Shown: in pieces, positions 12,949-23,335 of the stretch
Layout of the letters: each line of letters begins with the position of its first letter
Numbering within the stretch: position 1 is the first letter of the stretch
Assembly: GCA_035084275.1 (NCBI GenBank)
Contig: CM068755.1
Span: forward strand, 9,548,001-9,612,000
Direction: 5' to 3'
DNA from: Hydrolagus colliei
Lineage: Eukaryota
DNA length: 64,000 nt
Notes under the pieces: model-generated
Told to the model about the DNA's origin: nothing
Database searches by the model: none
Seen by the model: only the letters and a program-made list of their open reading frames with translations
Made by a program: the position numbers and the translations under genes

Positions 12949-14249
12949 ACCTTTAGCAAAATAGCCATATTTAAAAGCAGTAAACAGAAAATGCATCGCA
13001 TGTAAGAAATTAATAATCTGATGTGAGCAGCTTTAACTACTAATACAGTACAGTATACACTTTTCCAATAAAAACAACTCACTGGAGACCTATTAACTAT
13101 TTTAAAACTAAACTATTGAAGTGCTGCAAATTATTAAAATCACCGATGTTTGCGCAACACAAGCATATTTTCACCTCCTCCGATTGCTACTTTTCCAAGC
13201 TCAACTCACTGCAGATTTTTGGCTTGTTCGGCTACGATACTATGAGACAAATTCTCATGTGACTTACAATAGAGAAGACCTTTTACAGAGCAAGAATGTA
13301 GCTGGAATTAGCTGCCGATTCACACCCTGGAAATTAGGACGATGTTCACAGTGGATGAGCGGGGTGAGATCCTTGTTTTTGAAAGCATTCTGTGAGCCCA
13401 GTTTCCAAAGCCCCACTGAAAATGCATATTTGTTTGGCTCAAAATCAACAGCTGTTTCAGATTATGAACTCATCACATTAATGATGGGAATTTACTTCCC
13501 CAACATCAATTTAACAAGAGAAGAATCATGTCAAAAATCAGACTTTCAATGTTTTCCCTCCTCCCCTGCATCATTTGTCTACCGTATTTGATCATACTTT
13601 GCCGGTCTAAAAATGTTTTTTTTCCCTCACATATGCTGAATAAAGACCTTGAACGACCTAAATGTGCTATATTGGGAATATTGTAAGAAACCAGATTTAA
13701 AATGGGTGGGAAAAGAATGAGGAACTATTGACTCCATACTTTCCCCCAGAGCACACACCATTATCAATTCGCCACCAGCTGAGAGTGAGAAATCAGGATT
13801 TTCCTAGGATTTGTGCAGAGGGCATGGTAGCTCTGCTGGTTCCAAATCCAGAGCAAAAAATCAAGGCTTTAAAATTCCACCAAGTCCTAGCCTTTGCGCA
13901 TCATCTAAAACTTTTAAGATTACGCAGAATGGTGAAAAGTTCTAAATTCAGTTCTATGAAATGTAGAAAATCAGTGCCAAATTGAGACCAGGTGGAAGAA
14001 TTTTCCATAATCTATGATTTAAAATTAAAATAGTTTTATGTGCTAAGACTAAATGAAATTTATGGCCTCAACAATTTCCTAATGGAGTCAGGAAAGGCTT
14101 GGTGGCATAGATTTATAGATTTGTCAAACGGCTACGATTGGTAGAGCTTCTCACCTATACACGAATGCCTCTACTCCCAATTGTCTCAATCTCCCATCCC
14201 CTTACCCATTTACCACTTTCTCCTATCCTTAGGTCTCCAACTCCCCTTT

Positions 14250-14600
14250 AACTTCCCCAGCCAAACACCCCTCCCTAACTCCCCCCATGCAAACACCCCT
14301 CCCCAACTTCTCCCGCAGCCACACCCCACTTCCCCTCTCCCCCCACGCAACTCCCCTCTTCCCCCAGCCAAACCCCACTCCCTCCCCCAGCCAAACCCCA
14401 CTCCCTCCCCCATCCAAACCCCCCTTCTTTCGCTCCTCTTCCTCCCTCTTCCCCCACCCAAATACCCCTCCTTCCCTCCCCTCTCTACCCAGCCAACACC
14501 CCCTCCCTCCCCTCTCTACCCAGCCAATACCCCCCCTCCCACCAAAACACCACTCCCTCTCTCCCCTCGTCAAACCTCCCCCCTCTCCCCAGCCAAACAT
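14250..14600. repeat. C-rich degenerate minisatellite (cccagccaaac(a)cccc...), G-rich on minus strand
   Basis: Recurrent cccagccaa(a)c motif among C-tracts. Confidence 0.85.
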
Positions 14601-17233
14601 CGCAAGCCAATTGATAACTGAGATGAAGTGATTGGGAAGTGTTTACGGCAGTAAGATTGGCATCTGTGTTGCCTGGGGCCACAAATGGCTTTTAAGAGGT
14701 CAGTGCAAATCATCCCGAACATCACCAACCAACCAGTCAGGCAGGTTAGCTCGGGTGGAGGCACTTTCCTTAAAAGCCACTAATAAAAAAAAAACTCCAA
14801 AGGGAACAGAAGGGGGTTAGAACGACACAGTGATCGAGAGGTAAGATGACATTGGCTTTATAATACAACTGCTGACTGATGGCCCACTGGTTCATTGATA
14901 GATCGATTTTTACGCCATATTCCGAGTCTTAGCCACATTAGAAAAAGCCAGAGCTTTTTATCGATGACATTACACCCCTCTCCTCCTTCCCCACCCCTGA
15001 CTCCTTAACCGGGACACATGGCAGATTTGTAGAGCTTCTCACCCAGACATGAATGTCTCTGCTCCCACCCAAACATCTCAATCCCACCTTCTCTTATCCA
15101 CATGCCTCCTTCTCCCCTTATCCTTATCCCGTTATATCACCCATCGTCTAACCACCACCCTCTCCTCCACCCAACCACAACCCTCCTCTCCCCCAAACAA
15201 ACACCCACCCACCCAAACACCACCCTCTCCCCTTCTCTCCCCCACCCACCCACCCACCCACTCAAACCCCACCCAGGCTCAGAGACACCCGGTCACTAAA
15301 TGCAGAGGCTTGGCTTTGACTGTGAAATATATTCCCACGTTTGCTTTGCGCCGCTCACAGCCAAACTGCGCGGAATCACCGCCCAATGAACGTGCTTTCT
15401 AAATGAACGGGGTGAAAATTCCTGCCCATGCCCAGCCTCTTGTGATTTCTCTTCTTAAAAAAAGCCACGTCGTTCTTTGCATTAATTCATCCATCCATTC
15501 CGCACTAACCCATCCATCGCTGTGCTGACAGTGGCGTCACTAGTTTCACAAGTTCTGTAACTGCAACAGGAGGCAGAGTGGCCTCTGTGGCTGGAAGGTC
15601 ACACATATTCATGTCAGAAAAAAAAAGATTGGGTCAAACTGTCTTCGTTACTAAGAAACCACATAAATGTATGCCGGTGATCCTCGCGAATTCGTACACT
15701 ATTAGTTACATGCCCCAGGTTGACAAAACGACCCGATACTTCAGTTACTAGCCCGAAAAGGTAAAGCGAGGAGCAAAGATGCAAGTGAATCTTTTTAACT
15801 TTTTAAAAAAAAAATCTGGGGTACAGTATCACTTTAAGACAAGAAACAAAATGGCATCTGTTAAGCATCTGCTCTGTACTTGGTGGTGGTGGTGGTGTGA
15901 TTTAAAAAAAAACCTTTTACAGCTACATTCTCAAATGGTTTACAGCGGCCAGCCAGCCAGCCAGCTCCGGGCAGGATACGAAGCTCCGATCGACTATAAG
16001 AATGACACATCAGTTCACTTACCTATACAGTAATCAATGGCTGAATACCAGCCAGCCGCATTCCTATTGTATTTGTACACATGAAAGTCAACAGTGGCCG
16101 TGTTGACTCGACTTGCACCGCTAGAAACCTGTGACATGCGTTACATGTGTTCCCTGAAACTCAAACCTATTCTCCAAACCCTCCCCTGAAAAAAAAATGC
16201 CAGGGGCTGGAAGGAAGAGAAGCCAGGTTTGTGGTGGGTGCTTCATACCTGGCTCTGCTGTAACCGAAACAAATGGTACCAGGAACACTGATACTATACA
16301 GACACGCACACACACAAGCCAGCCAGCAATGTGAATGTACAGTACTCATTTCATTGCACTCCGCGTGGTCAACTTGCCCATGAGAGAGAGAGAGATAGAG
16401 AGAAAGAGATAGAGAAAGAAATGGAGGGGATAAGGTGTGGGAGTGGGGGGGGGGGAGGGTTCATTCATTCGGTCTCAATTTAAAAAAAATCACTGCAAAT
16501 TCAATCACTAAATTCAAGCCGCATATAGTCTTCAGAACACCCGGGTTTGGAACCCGATCGAGCTAGAAAGCCTTGCAATGATCTTTCAATGTTATTGTAA
16601 AACGGGAGACGCATTCACCGGGAATGCGGCATAAAACACGAAAGAAAGACGCATTCGCTTCCGATTCATCCAGGACGCACAGACCGCTCGTTACCTGGCT
16701 GTTACACCCGAGCTACAGGCGGCGACTGAAACATTAGGCTGTGGGAGCGAAGAAAAGTCCGCGTTTGGAAAAAGTTCACATCGACAATGTTCTCAGTTCA
16801 GATCAGTCACAGAGAGAGGGGGAGAGAGAGAGAGCCCCTCCCTCCCTCCCTCCCCAGCTACGATATTAACCGTAAAACACGATTTTCTCTCTCTCTCTAC
16901 CCCCCACCCCCCCCGCCCCTCTCGCCACCATCTCCCCACCGAATAAAACGACACGCACGATTCACTATGACAACTGAAATACATACACGTCGGGCGCACG
17001 GTGAAGAGGAGAGGAGCTGTGTGTCAGTCCTGCTTTGACGCCGGTGGAGATGTCCAGGTCGACCCGCGTGTTGAGGCTGTCGATGCTGTCTGATCACAGA
17101 TCGGCAATCGGCATTTTACGAACAAGCGCGTTTTCATTCCGCGTGGTCTTCCCACCGCACGCAATTTTAAACGAATTAAAGTCTGATATTCCCAGGGAGT
17201 CCGTATGATTAAAACCCCACGATTTTACAGTTT

Positions 17234-17565
17234 CAGAGGGAGGGGGTGAAGGATAGGGGAGGGGGGGGAGAGAAGGAGAGAGGGAGGGGGGGGGGGAAGG
17301 AGAGAGGGAGGGGGGGAGAAGGAGAAGAGGAGGGGGGGGGAGAAGGAGAGAGGCAGGGGGGGGAGAAGGAGAGAGGGAGGGGGGGGAGAAGGAGAGAGGG
17401 AGGGGGGGGAGAAGGAGAGAGGGAGCGAAGGAGAGAGGGAGGGGGGGCGAAGGAGAGAGGGGGGGGGGGGCGAAGGAGAGAGGGAGGGGGGGAGAAGGAG
17501 AGAGGGAGGGGGGAGGAGAGAGGCAGGGGGAGAGAGGGAGAGAAGGAGAGAGGGAGGGGGGGAGA
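17234..17565 (+). repeat. Almost pure-purine GA-rich minisatellite (~24-25 bp unit gggggggagaaggagagaggga)
   Basis: Read directly. Runs into an N gap. Confidence 0.95.
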
Positions 17566-17718
17566 NNNNNNNNNNNNNNNNNNNNNNNNNNNNNNNNNNN
17601 NNNNNNNNNNNNNNNNNNNNNNNNNNNNNNNNNNNNNNNNNNNNNNNNNNNNNNNNNNNNNNNNNNNNNNNNNNNNNNNNNNNNNNNNNNNNNNNNNNNN
17701 NNNNNNNNNNNNNNNNNN
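17566..17718. other. Assembly gap (N run)
   Basis: 153 Ns. Confidence 1.
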
Positions 17719-19288
17719 TCTAGTAAGGCAAGGAGAATTCACTCCTAGGAAATATGGCGGCTGCGAATCTCTTTACCCGTGGTCGTGATGATAGCCTTCG
17801 AGATAAGCACTTTAAAATCACAACGAAAACGAAATTTGCACATCACGTACATACATGCCAGTGTCTGCTTTACATCGATGTCTCACAAGAAACACGAGCA
17901 GATTGGGGGGCTTGCTTCCAAGGGAAGGGAAACACACGAGTTTAACACAGAGGTCAATATTTCGCAGCCTTCACATGCAACACATGGGGATATTTTTATT
18001 TAAAAACAATTTAAAAAAACTCACTCGTTTGCCGTCAAGGTATTTATTTGCTGGCGCCGTTTCTTTCTTTTTTTGCCTTAGGTTTCTAGCAACCACAACA
18101 CATCGAAATAGCTCTCCACAGCACAAAACACACACACACACAACCCACCAAACAATCAGAATTTTTTATCAAACAGGCGTGAGTGTTTTTTTTATAAAAA
18201 AAGAAGGAATTTCCGCGTGCGATGAGGAATTGATATCCCGCGGGAAATAATAACAATAATAATAAAAAGTACCTGTGGAATCGCTAAGCAATCATTGCAC
18301 TGATAGGACCGAGCGGCAGTAAACCCCTCCTAGCTGTGGTCGACACAAGGCAAAACAAAAGCTTTCTGGAAATACTATGGCCGGAAAAGCGTCATCATTC
18401 CGGGACTACAGCCTGCACAGTGAAAGGTCAGACTTTAATCCTGAGGAGTGGGCGATCAGCGCAGTGTCCAGACACTCGGGCTCAGTGTTGTCCCGAGTCC
18501 AGAACTGTGGCAAAGGCGCGGCTGGTGATGCTGCCTGCGCGGCTGTGTTTTCCCGGTGCTGTGGGTATCGCTCTGTCCCACCTCCCTCTGTTTGTTATTC
18601 ACACATAGTCAGTCGTCTCAAAGGTGTGGGATCTGTTATAGAGAAAGTGGAATTGAACCGTGAATGCTATCATTACTGCAATTGTATTCTTCTCTCCCCC
18701 CCCCCCCCCCGCCACACACACGTAGATGTTGTGGTGTCGGCTCAAGAAAATTGAATGGTAGTTCACGAATATCAAAGTGAACTTGCAAAAACGACACATT
18801 TATAGATATATGATCAACGCTCTTTCAATCCTCTTTCACAAACCAGACTATGGTTTGCGCCTTTTGTTTTTCAAAAATATATACAGAAACAATTCTACTG
18901 TACATGTGTTTTCTTATTTGGATAAGGTCTCATAAACAGTTTGCAAGCCTGAATGAAAATTCAGAAGTCGAAACTAAAATATTCTAAAATTGTTAAGTAT
19001 TGTTTATTTGAGAAGACAGTTATTCACAATGCTCTGTGTTGTATCCCTTTGTGTGTGATTCTAGATATGGAATACACCCAGAGGCAAAGCTGTAGATTTT
19101 AAAAATCTAATCTTCAGGAGCAGCCTACTTAAGATAACAAATAAGATAACAAACATAAACTAAACAAACTACCCCAAATGTTACCAAAAATGAGAGGTAT
19201 TATGTGGATGAAAATGTGAAACTCTTTTGGAGTTGAAATCCAATATTAGTAAAAAAATACGCTTCATATTTTCACACTTCAATAGCGT

Positions 19289-19590
19289 AGAATCCTATAG
19301 CTCAGTGGTTAGAACACTAGCCTTGCAAATGAGAGACCTGGGTTTGATTCTAAGTAGGGCGAAACCTTGTGCAAGTTTTCCTATTCCACATGCCTGATAA
19401 CAATTCCTCAAAAATAATTGGTCATTTCAATCCATGACTGTTTATGGGACATTGCTGTGTGCAATTGGCTGCTGCATTTCACCCATATATGTATATATAT
19501 ATATATATATGTGTGTGTACACAGTGAATTCACTTTACAGTATATTCTGGGAAGCGCATTGAGACGTCCAGAAGACTACATCAAATGCAA
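19289..19590 (+). mobile_element. tRNA-derived SINE, first of a head-to-tail pair
   Basis: tagctcagtggttaga (A box), gggtttgattc (B box), accttgtgcaagtttt (CORE-like), family tail. Confidence 0.9.
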
Positions 19591-19935
19591 AGATTCCTAT
19601 GGCTCAGTGGTTAGAGCACTTGTCTTGCAAGCTGGGGAGACCAAGCTGGGGAGACCTGTGTTCGAATCCAGGCAGGTCAGGGTGAAACCCTGGGCAAGTT
19701 TCCTTTCTCCACACGCCTAATAATAATCCCTCCAAAAAAACCACAATAATAAAATTGGTCATTTCAATCCACGATTGTGTGTGGGACACTGCTGTGCGCA
19801 ATTTGGCTGCCGCGATTTGCCCACAAATATATATACAGTCAATTCACTTTACAGTATATTCTGTGAAGCGCTTTGGAACGTTGATAAGATGTGGAAAGCG
19901 CTATATCAAATGCAAGGATTCTTGTATATTATTAA
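19591..19935 (+). mobile_element. tRNA-derived SINE, second of a head-to-tail pair
   Basis: tggctcagtggttagagcac, gttcgaatcc, tail aagcgctatatcaaatgcaagg. Small internal duplication caagctggggagac x2. Confidence 0.9.
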
Positions 19936-20239
19936 TACTTATACATATTTTAGGTCACCATTTTGTGCAAAAACAAATTCATGAATAAGTATTTCCCTTT
20001 ATGTTCTCACCACTCCCTGCCTCTGAGATCATCTCCATCCTCACATACCTCTTTTCCCTTTTGCTCAGCAAACTCACACCTCCAGCCCCAGCATGCTTGC
20101 CCATGCTTAGCCACCACACCCATACTGCCTGAACTCCCCTATATCTCTCGTCCTGATATCCCTCTGTATCTTTAGGTTTCCTAAAAACCCAGCTCTTTGA
20201 CCATGTTTGGGGAGGACAAGTTTGCAGGGCTGTGGGGAG

Positions 20240-20340
20240 GGGTTGGGGGAGTGAGATTGATCTGGATCGCTCTTTTTAAAGAGCCAGTACAGACTTGATG
20301 GGCTAAATGTCCACCTGTGCTGCATAATTTTATGATTCTT
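20240..20340 (+). mobile_element. CR1 LINE extreme 3' end
   Basis: gatcgctctttttaaagagccagtacagacttgatgggctaaatg...tgtgctgcataattttatgattct matches the 3' UTR of the CR1 at 44848-46030. Confidence 0.75.
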
Positions 20341-21119
20341 CTCTCCTTTCGCTGCTTGTTGTATCTACACAGCAATCTATTTTTGGCACTGTGTCTACAT
20401 AAAGCTATGAGAAGTTGCCTCGTTTACAAGGATCTCAATCTTTTATACAGCTTCCAAATAGTGGGTCATTTGTGCTATTACAGGAACATTGTATCCTGAG
20501 CAGCATGTACACTATTCCAATAGCAATATTCTGTCGGGCTATCAGCTGTAACAAACAGTGGACTATGGAATAAAGATGTTTATTTTGCACAGATGCATGA
20601 TAATTGCAATGATCCAATTAAAAATGACAGGGGTCAAAATCTTACCTTGGGCCTATTTCATGTAAGTAAAAGTAGAAACCAGCTAATCCTATAGACAATA
20701 GATGTCATTGTCAGTGTCTCCATTGACCATCATACCTTCTGATTAGTTTATTTGAATTTTGAGACCCCACCATCTCCCAACAATTGTGGTATCAGTCAAA
20801 CACATTCTACCCCTTCCTCCAATTGTTCATCTTCATAGCATACATTTTAAATTGTGTTTTGCTACATCTTTTGAAGATACAGTCATTCATTTGCAAAGTC
20901 ATTTTTTTCCATTATCCACATGCCACCTCCTGGCCCTTATCAGAACAACATATGTCCAATCACCAGAATAACAGACTTTGAAGTCACATTTACTTCATTC
21001 ATTAGCAGTCAATGTTATGTATCTTATGAACGGATTAGAGTTATTGAGGCTGACTTTTTTAAATTGTTTCATGTTTTATGTTATATAATATATAATACTT
21101 GCAATTTAAGATGACTTCC

Positions 21120-21340
21120 AATCACATCATCAAAATGTCTCAAAACACTTCACAGAATTTTACTGTGATTTTCGGTGACTGTATATTTGTCTATCTTCGG
21201 CACTGTGTCTATTTAAAGCTATGAGAAGTTACCCCGTGTGAAAGGCTCAAAATAATATTTGTAGGCAAACGCAAAAGCCAATTTGTGTACAGCAATATTT
21301 CACAAACATTCCTGAAGTGAGTAACCAATATTGTTTGGGG
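21120..21340 (-). mobile_element. Diverged SINE 3' portion interrupted by a 64-bp insertion
   Basis: Family tail present on both sides of 21191-21254. Confidence 0.7.
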
Positions 21341-21684
21341 GAATTGTTGACCAGGACAAGGCATGTTTATGTGTAGAAAACATATAGAACTATAGCAATG
21401 TACAAAACAATAGGAAGCCATTTCACCCATTGTATTAGTGTTGATGCTTACTTCCTCAATAAAGTCATCTATAGGCCAGTTCTTTAATTTTTTTCTTCCA
21501 TTTCCTCCCATCCCCTTCCTGTGCTGATCTAATTAACCTTTAAACCCTCTGTTGAGTCTTCTACAGTAGTGACCACATGAAATTAATGTGTCCACACTTA
21601 GTTATTCTCCATATGATATCATCTACAGTGGAAATAGTTTCTCACAATTTATCTATTAAAATCCTTTCGTTAAGATAATAGAAA

Positions 21685-22040
21685 AAATAATCCTTGCATT
21701 TGATATACTGTCACATCTTCGCGACATCTCAGAGCACTTCACAGAATATACTGTAGTGTGAATTGACTGTATGTTTTGTGGGTGAAATGCAGCAGCCATT
21801 TGCCCACAACAGTGTCCCACAAACAGTGGTGCATTGAAGAAACATTTTTTTTTAAAAAAGGAATAATTGTTCCTGGAAAAGCGATCAGCCAATCGTTAAA
21901 CAATCGGATTCCAACTTACGGCTAGGTAAACAGAGGCGTGTGGAGTCAGGAAACCTGCCTAACATTTCGCCCTAACGGGAATCGAAGCCAGGTTTCCTGC
22001 TTGCGAGGCGAGTGCTCTAACCACTGAGTAACAGGACCCC
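21685..22040 (-). mobile_element. tRNA-derived SINE, long-CORE variant
   Basis: Head ggggtcctgttactcagtggttagagcactcgcctcgcaagc, CORE-like ggcaggtttcctgactccacacgcctctgtttacctagccgtaag, family tail. Confidence 0.88.
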
Positions 22041-22499
22041 ACGATTCTCAATGTATTGTCTCCTATGGGTGATTTACTCGGAGTGGAGAAAAGAGCCCCC
22101 CAAATGGTAGAAATCCCATTAAAAAGGTTTTGAATCGATTGAAACAGCGGTAGCATGACAGCATTACCAACAGTAATGCAACATGTACTCACTAGGTGTC
22201 AGTGCACCCTCCAATATACTGGATCTGGAAGTTGCAACAATTAAATCGGGGGGGGGGGGGGGGGGGGGTTAGAATGCTTGCCAGCCATTGTTTCAATAAT
22301 TATTTACCCCAAACACAGCCTTCAAACAAGAGGCGGTTCCCAGTTGCTCTTTCTGGTTTCACGTCTCGCCCACAAATATACACACAGTCACTGTACAGCA
22401 TATTCTGTGAAGTGCTTTGGGACGTCTAGAAAAGCGCTATATCAAATGCAAGGATTATTGATTGATTCGTAATTGATGAATTATTCGATGTCGGATGAG

Positions 22500-22790
22500 T
22501 CAGTGGAGCTTTCCTGGTTTGTATATTATTATCAGTAGGAGCAGCAGCCGGAGTGGATCAGGTTATGAACAGCAAGTCGCACTTTCTCTGCCCCGAATCC
22601 ATGCGTGAGTCCCGCCCGCCTCACAGTGGAACATTGGCTGCCCCGATGCAACTGGCTGGAAAGGATTAGATGCCTCTCGTGTGGTTGGATGACCCGTGAA
22701 TCATTGTACCCAGGAGGTAATGATTGGAGGAGTTCGGTACTGGGACTCACCGGTTGGTTTATAAGAGTGCAGCCCTGAGCAGCAGCCTCT
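22500..22790 (+). promoter_or_regulatory. Putative C2CD4 proximal promoter
   Basis: GC box cccgccc 22611, inverted CCAAT (attgg) at 22633 and 22723, TATA-like tttataaga 22758-22766. Confidence 0.65.
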
Positions 22791-22862
22791 CTGTGCTTTG
22801 CTGTACCGAGCGACAGAGAGCTGGGTGTCGATCAATCAACACAACAGAACACAGTACAGAAG
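22790..22862 (+). other. Putative non-coding exon 1 of C2CD4 (start approximate); intron 22863-23272
   Basis: About 25-30 nt after the TATA box. Donor aag|gtaggt at 22862/3 and acceptor ttctacag| at 23272. No ATG in the exon. Fits the family's non-coding exon plus single coding exon layout. Confidence 0.65.
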
Positions 22863-23335
22863 GTAGGTTTACATGTCTGACTATTTAACCCGTGACAGTG
22901 GCAGCAATTTCGCATTTCCCCCCCCCACCCCCGAATATACTATATTGTGTTATACATTGTACAAACTAGTCTGATGCCCGGCCAGGTACTGTTTCTCATA
23001 AACTGCTAACCAGAGCCAGAGTGTGTAATTCTAAAATGTTTTGTTTAGTGTTGAGTTCTAAAATGTTTTGACACAAAAAAATTAAAAATCTAATTTTTGG
23101 TGTTCAGTTGAATAATATTTCGAAATAACCTAATCCCCCCCCCCCGCAAAAAAAAAAGGTTAATAATACATGTATTATTCACATTTATCTCATCATCAAA
23201 AGTTTTGTGTTAAAACTAAAGGTGAATCTATATGTGTGTGTTTTAACTCTGTACATATGATTCATTCTACAGTTTCCCCCCCCACTCCGAATTGCTTCGT
23301 GAAAGAGGTGGAGATTAAAAAGAAACACACACACA

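Larger units (their letters stand above)
1..16020 (-). other. Non-coding region, probably 5' intron(s) of a minus-strand gene (TLN2 by synteny)
   Basis: No recognisable protein-coding ORF. Lies downstream of minus-strand donors in a CpG-rich region. The vertebrate order VPS13C-C2CD4-TLN2 has TLN2 divergent from VPS13C. Gene identity is inference only. Confidence 0.4.
15300..18750. promoter_or_regulatory. CpG-rich promoter region (probable CpG island of the minus-strand gene)
   Basis: CpG visibly much denser than in the flanks. Minus-strand donor motifs at 16021, 16247, 16693 and 18271. Confidence 0.65.

Noticed and set aside
13121-13591. 156-aa ORF
   Set aside because: GTG start, no recognisable domain and no convincing exon context.
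15938-16263. Weak inverted similarity (caggatacgaagctcc versus minus-strand caggtatgaagcacc)
   Set aside because: Too short and mismatched to distinguish from chance.
14181-17788. Pro-, Gly- and Arg-rich ORFs
   Set aside because: Artefacts of C-rich and GA-rich low-complexity DNA and N gaps.
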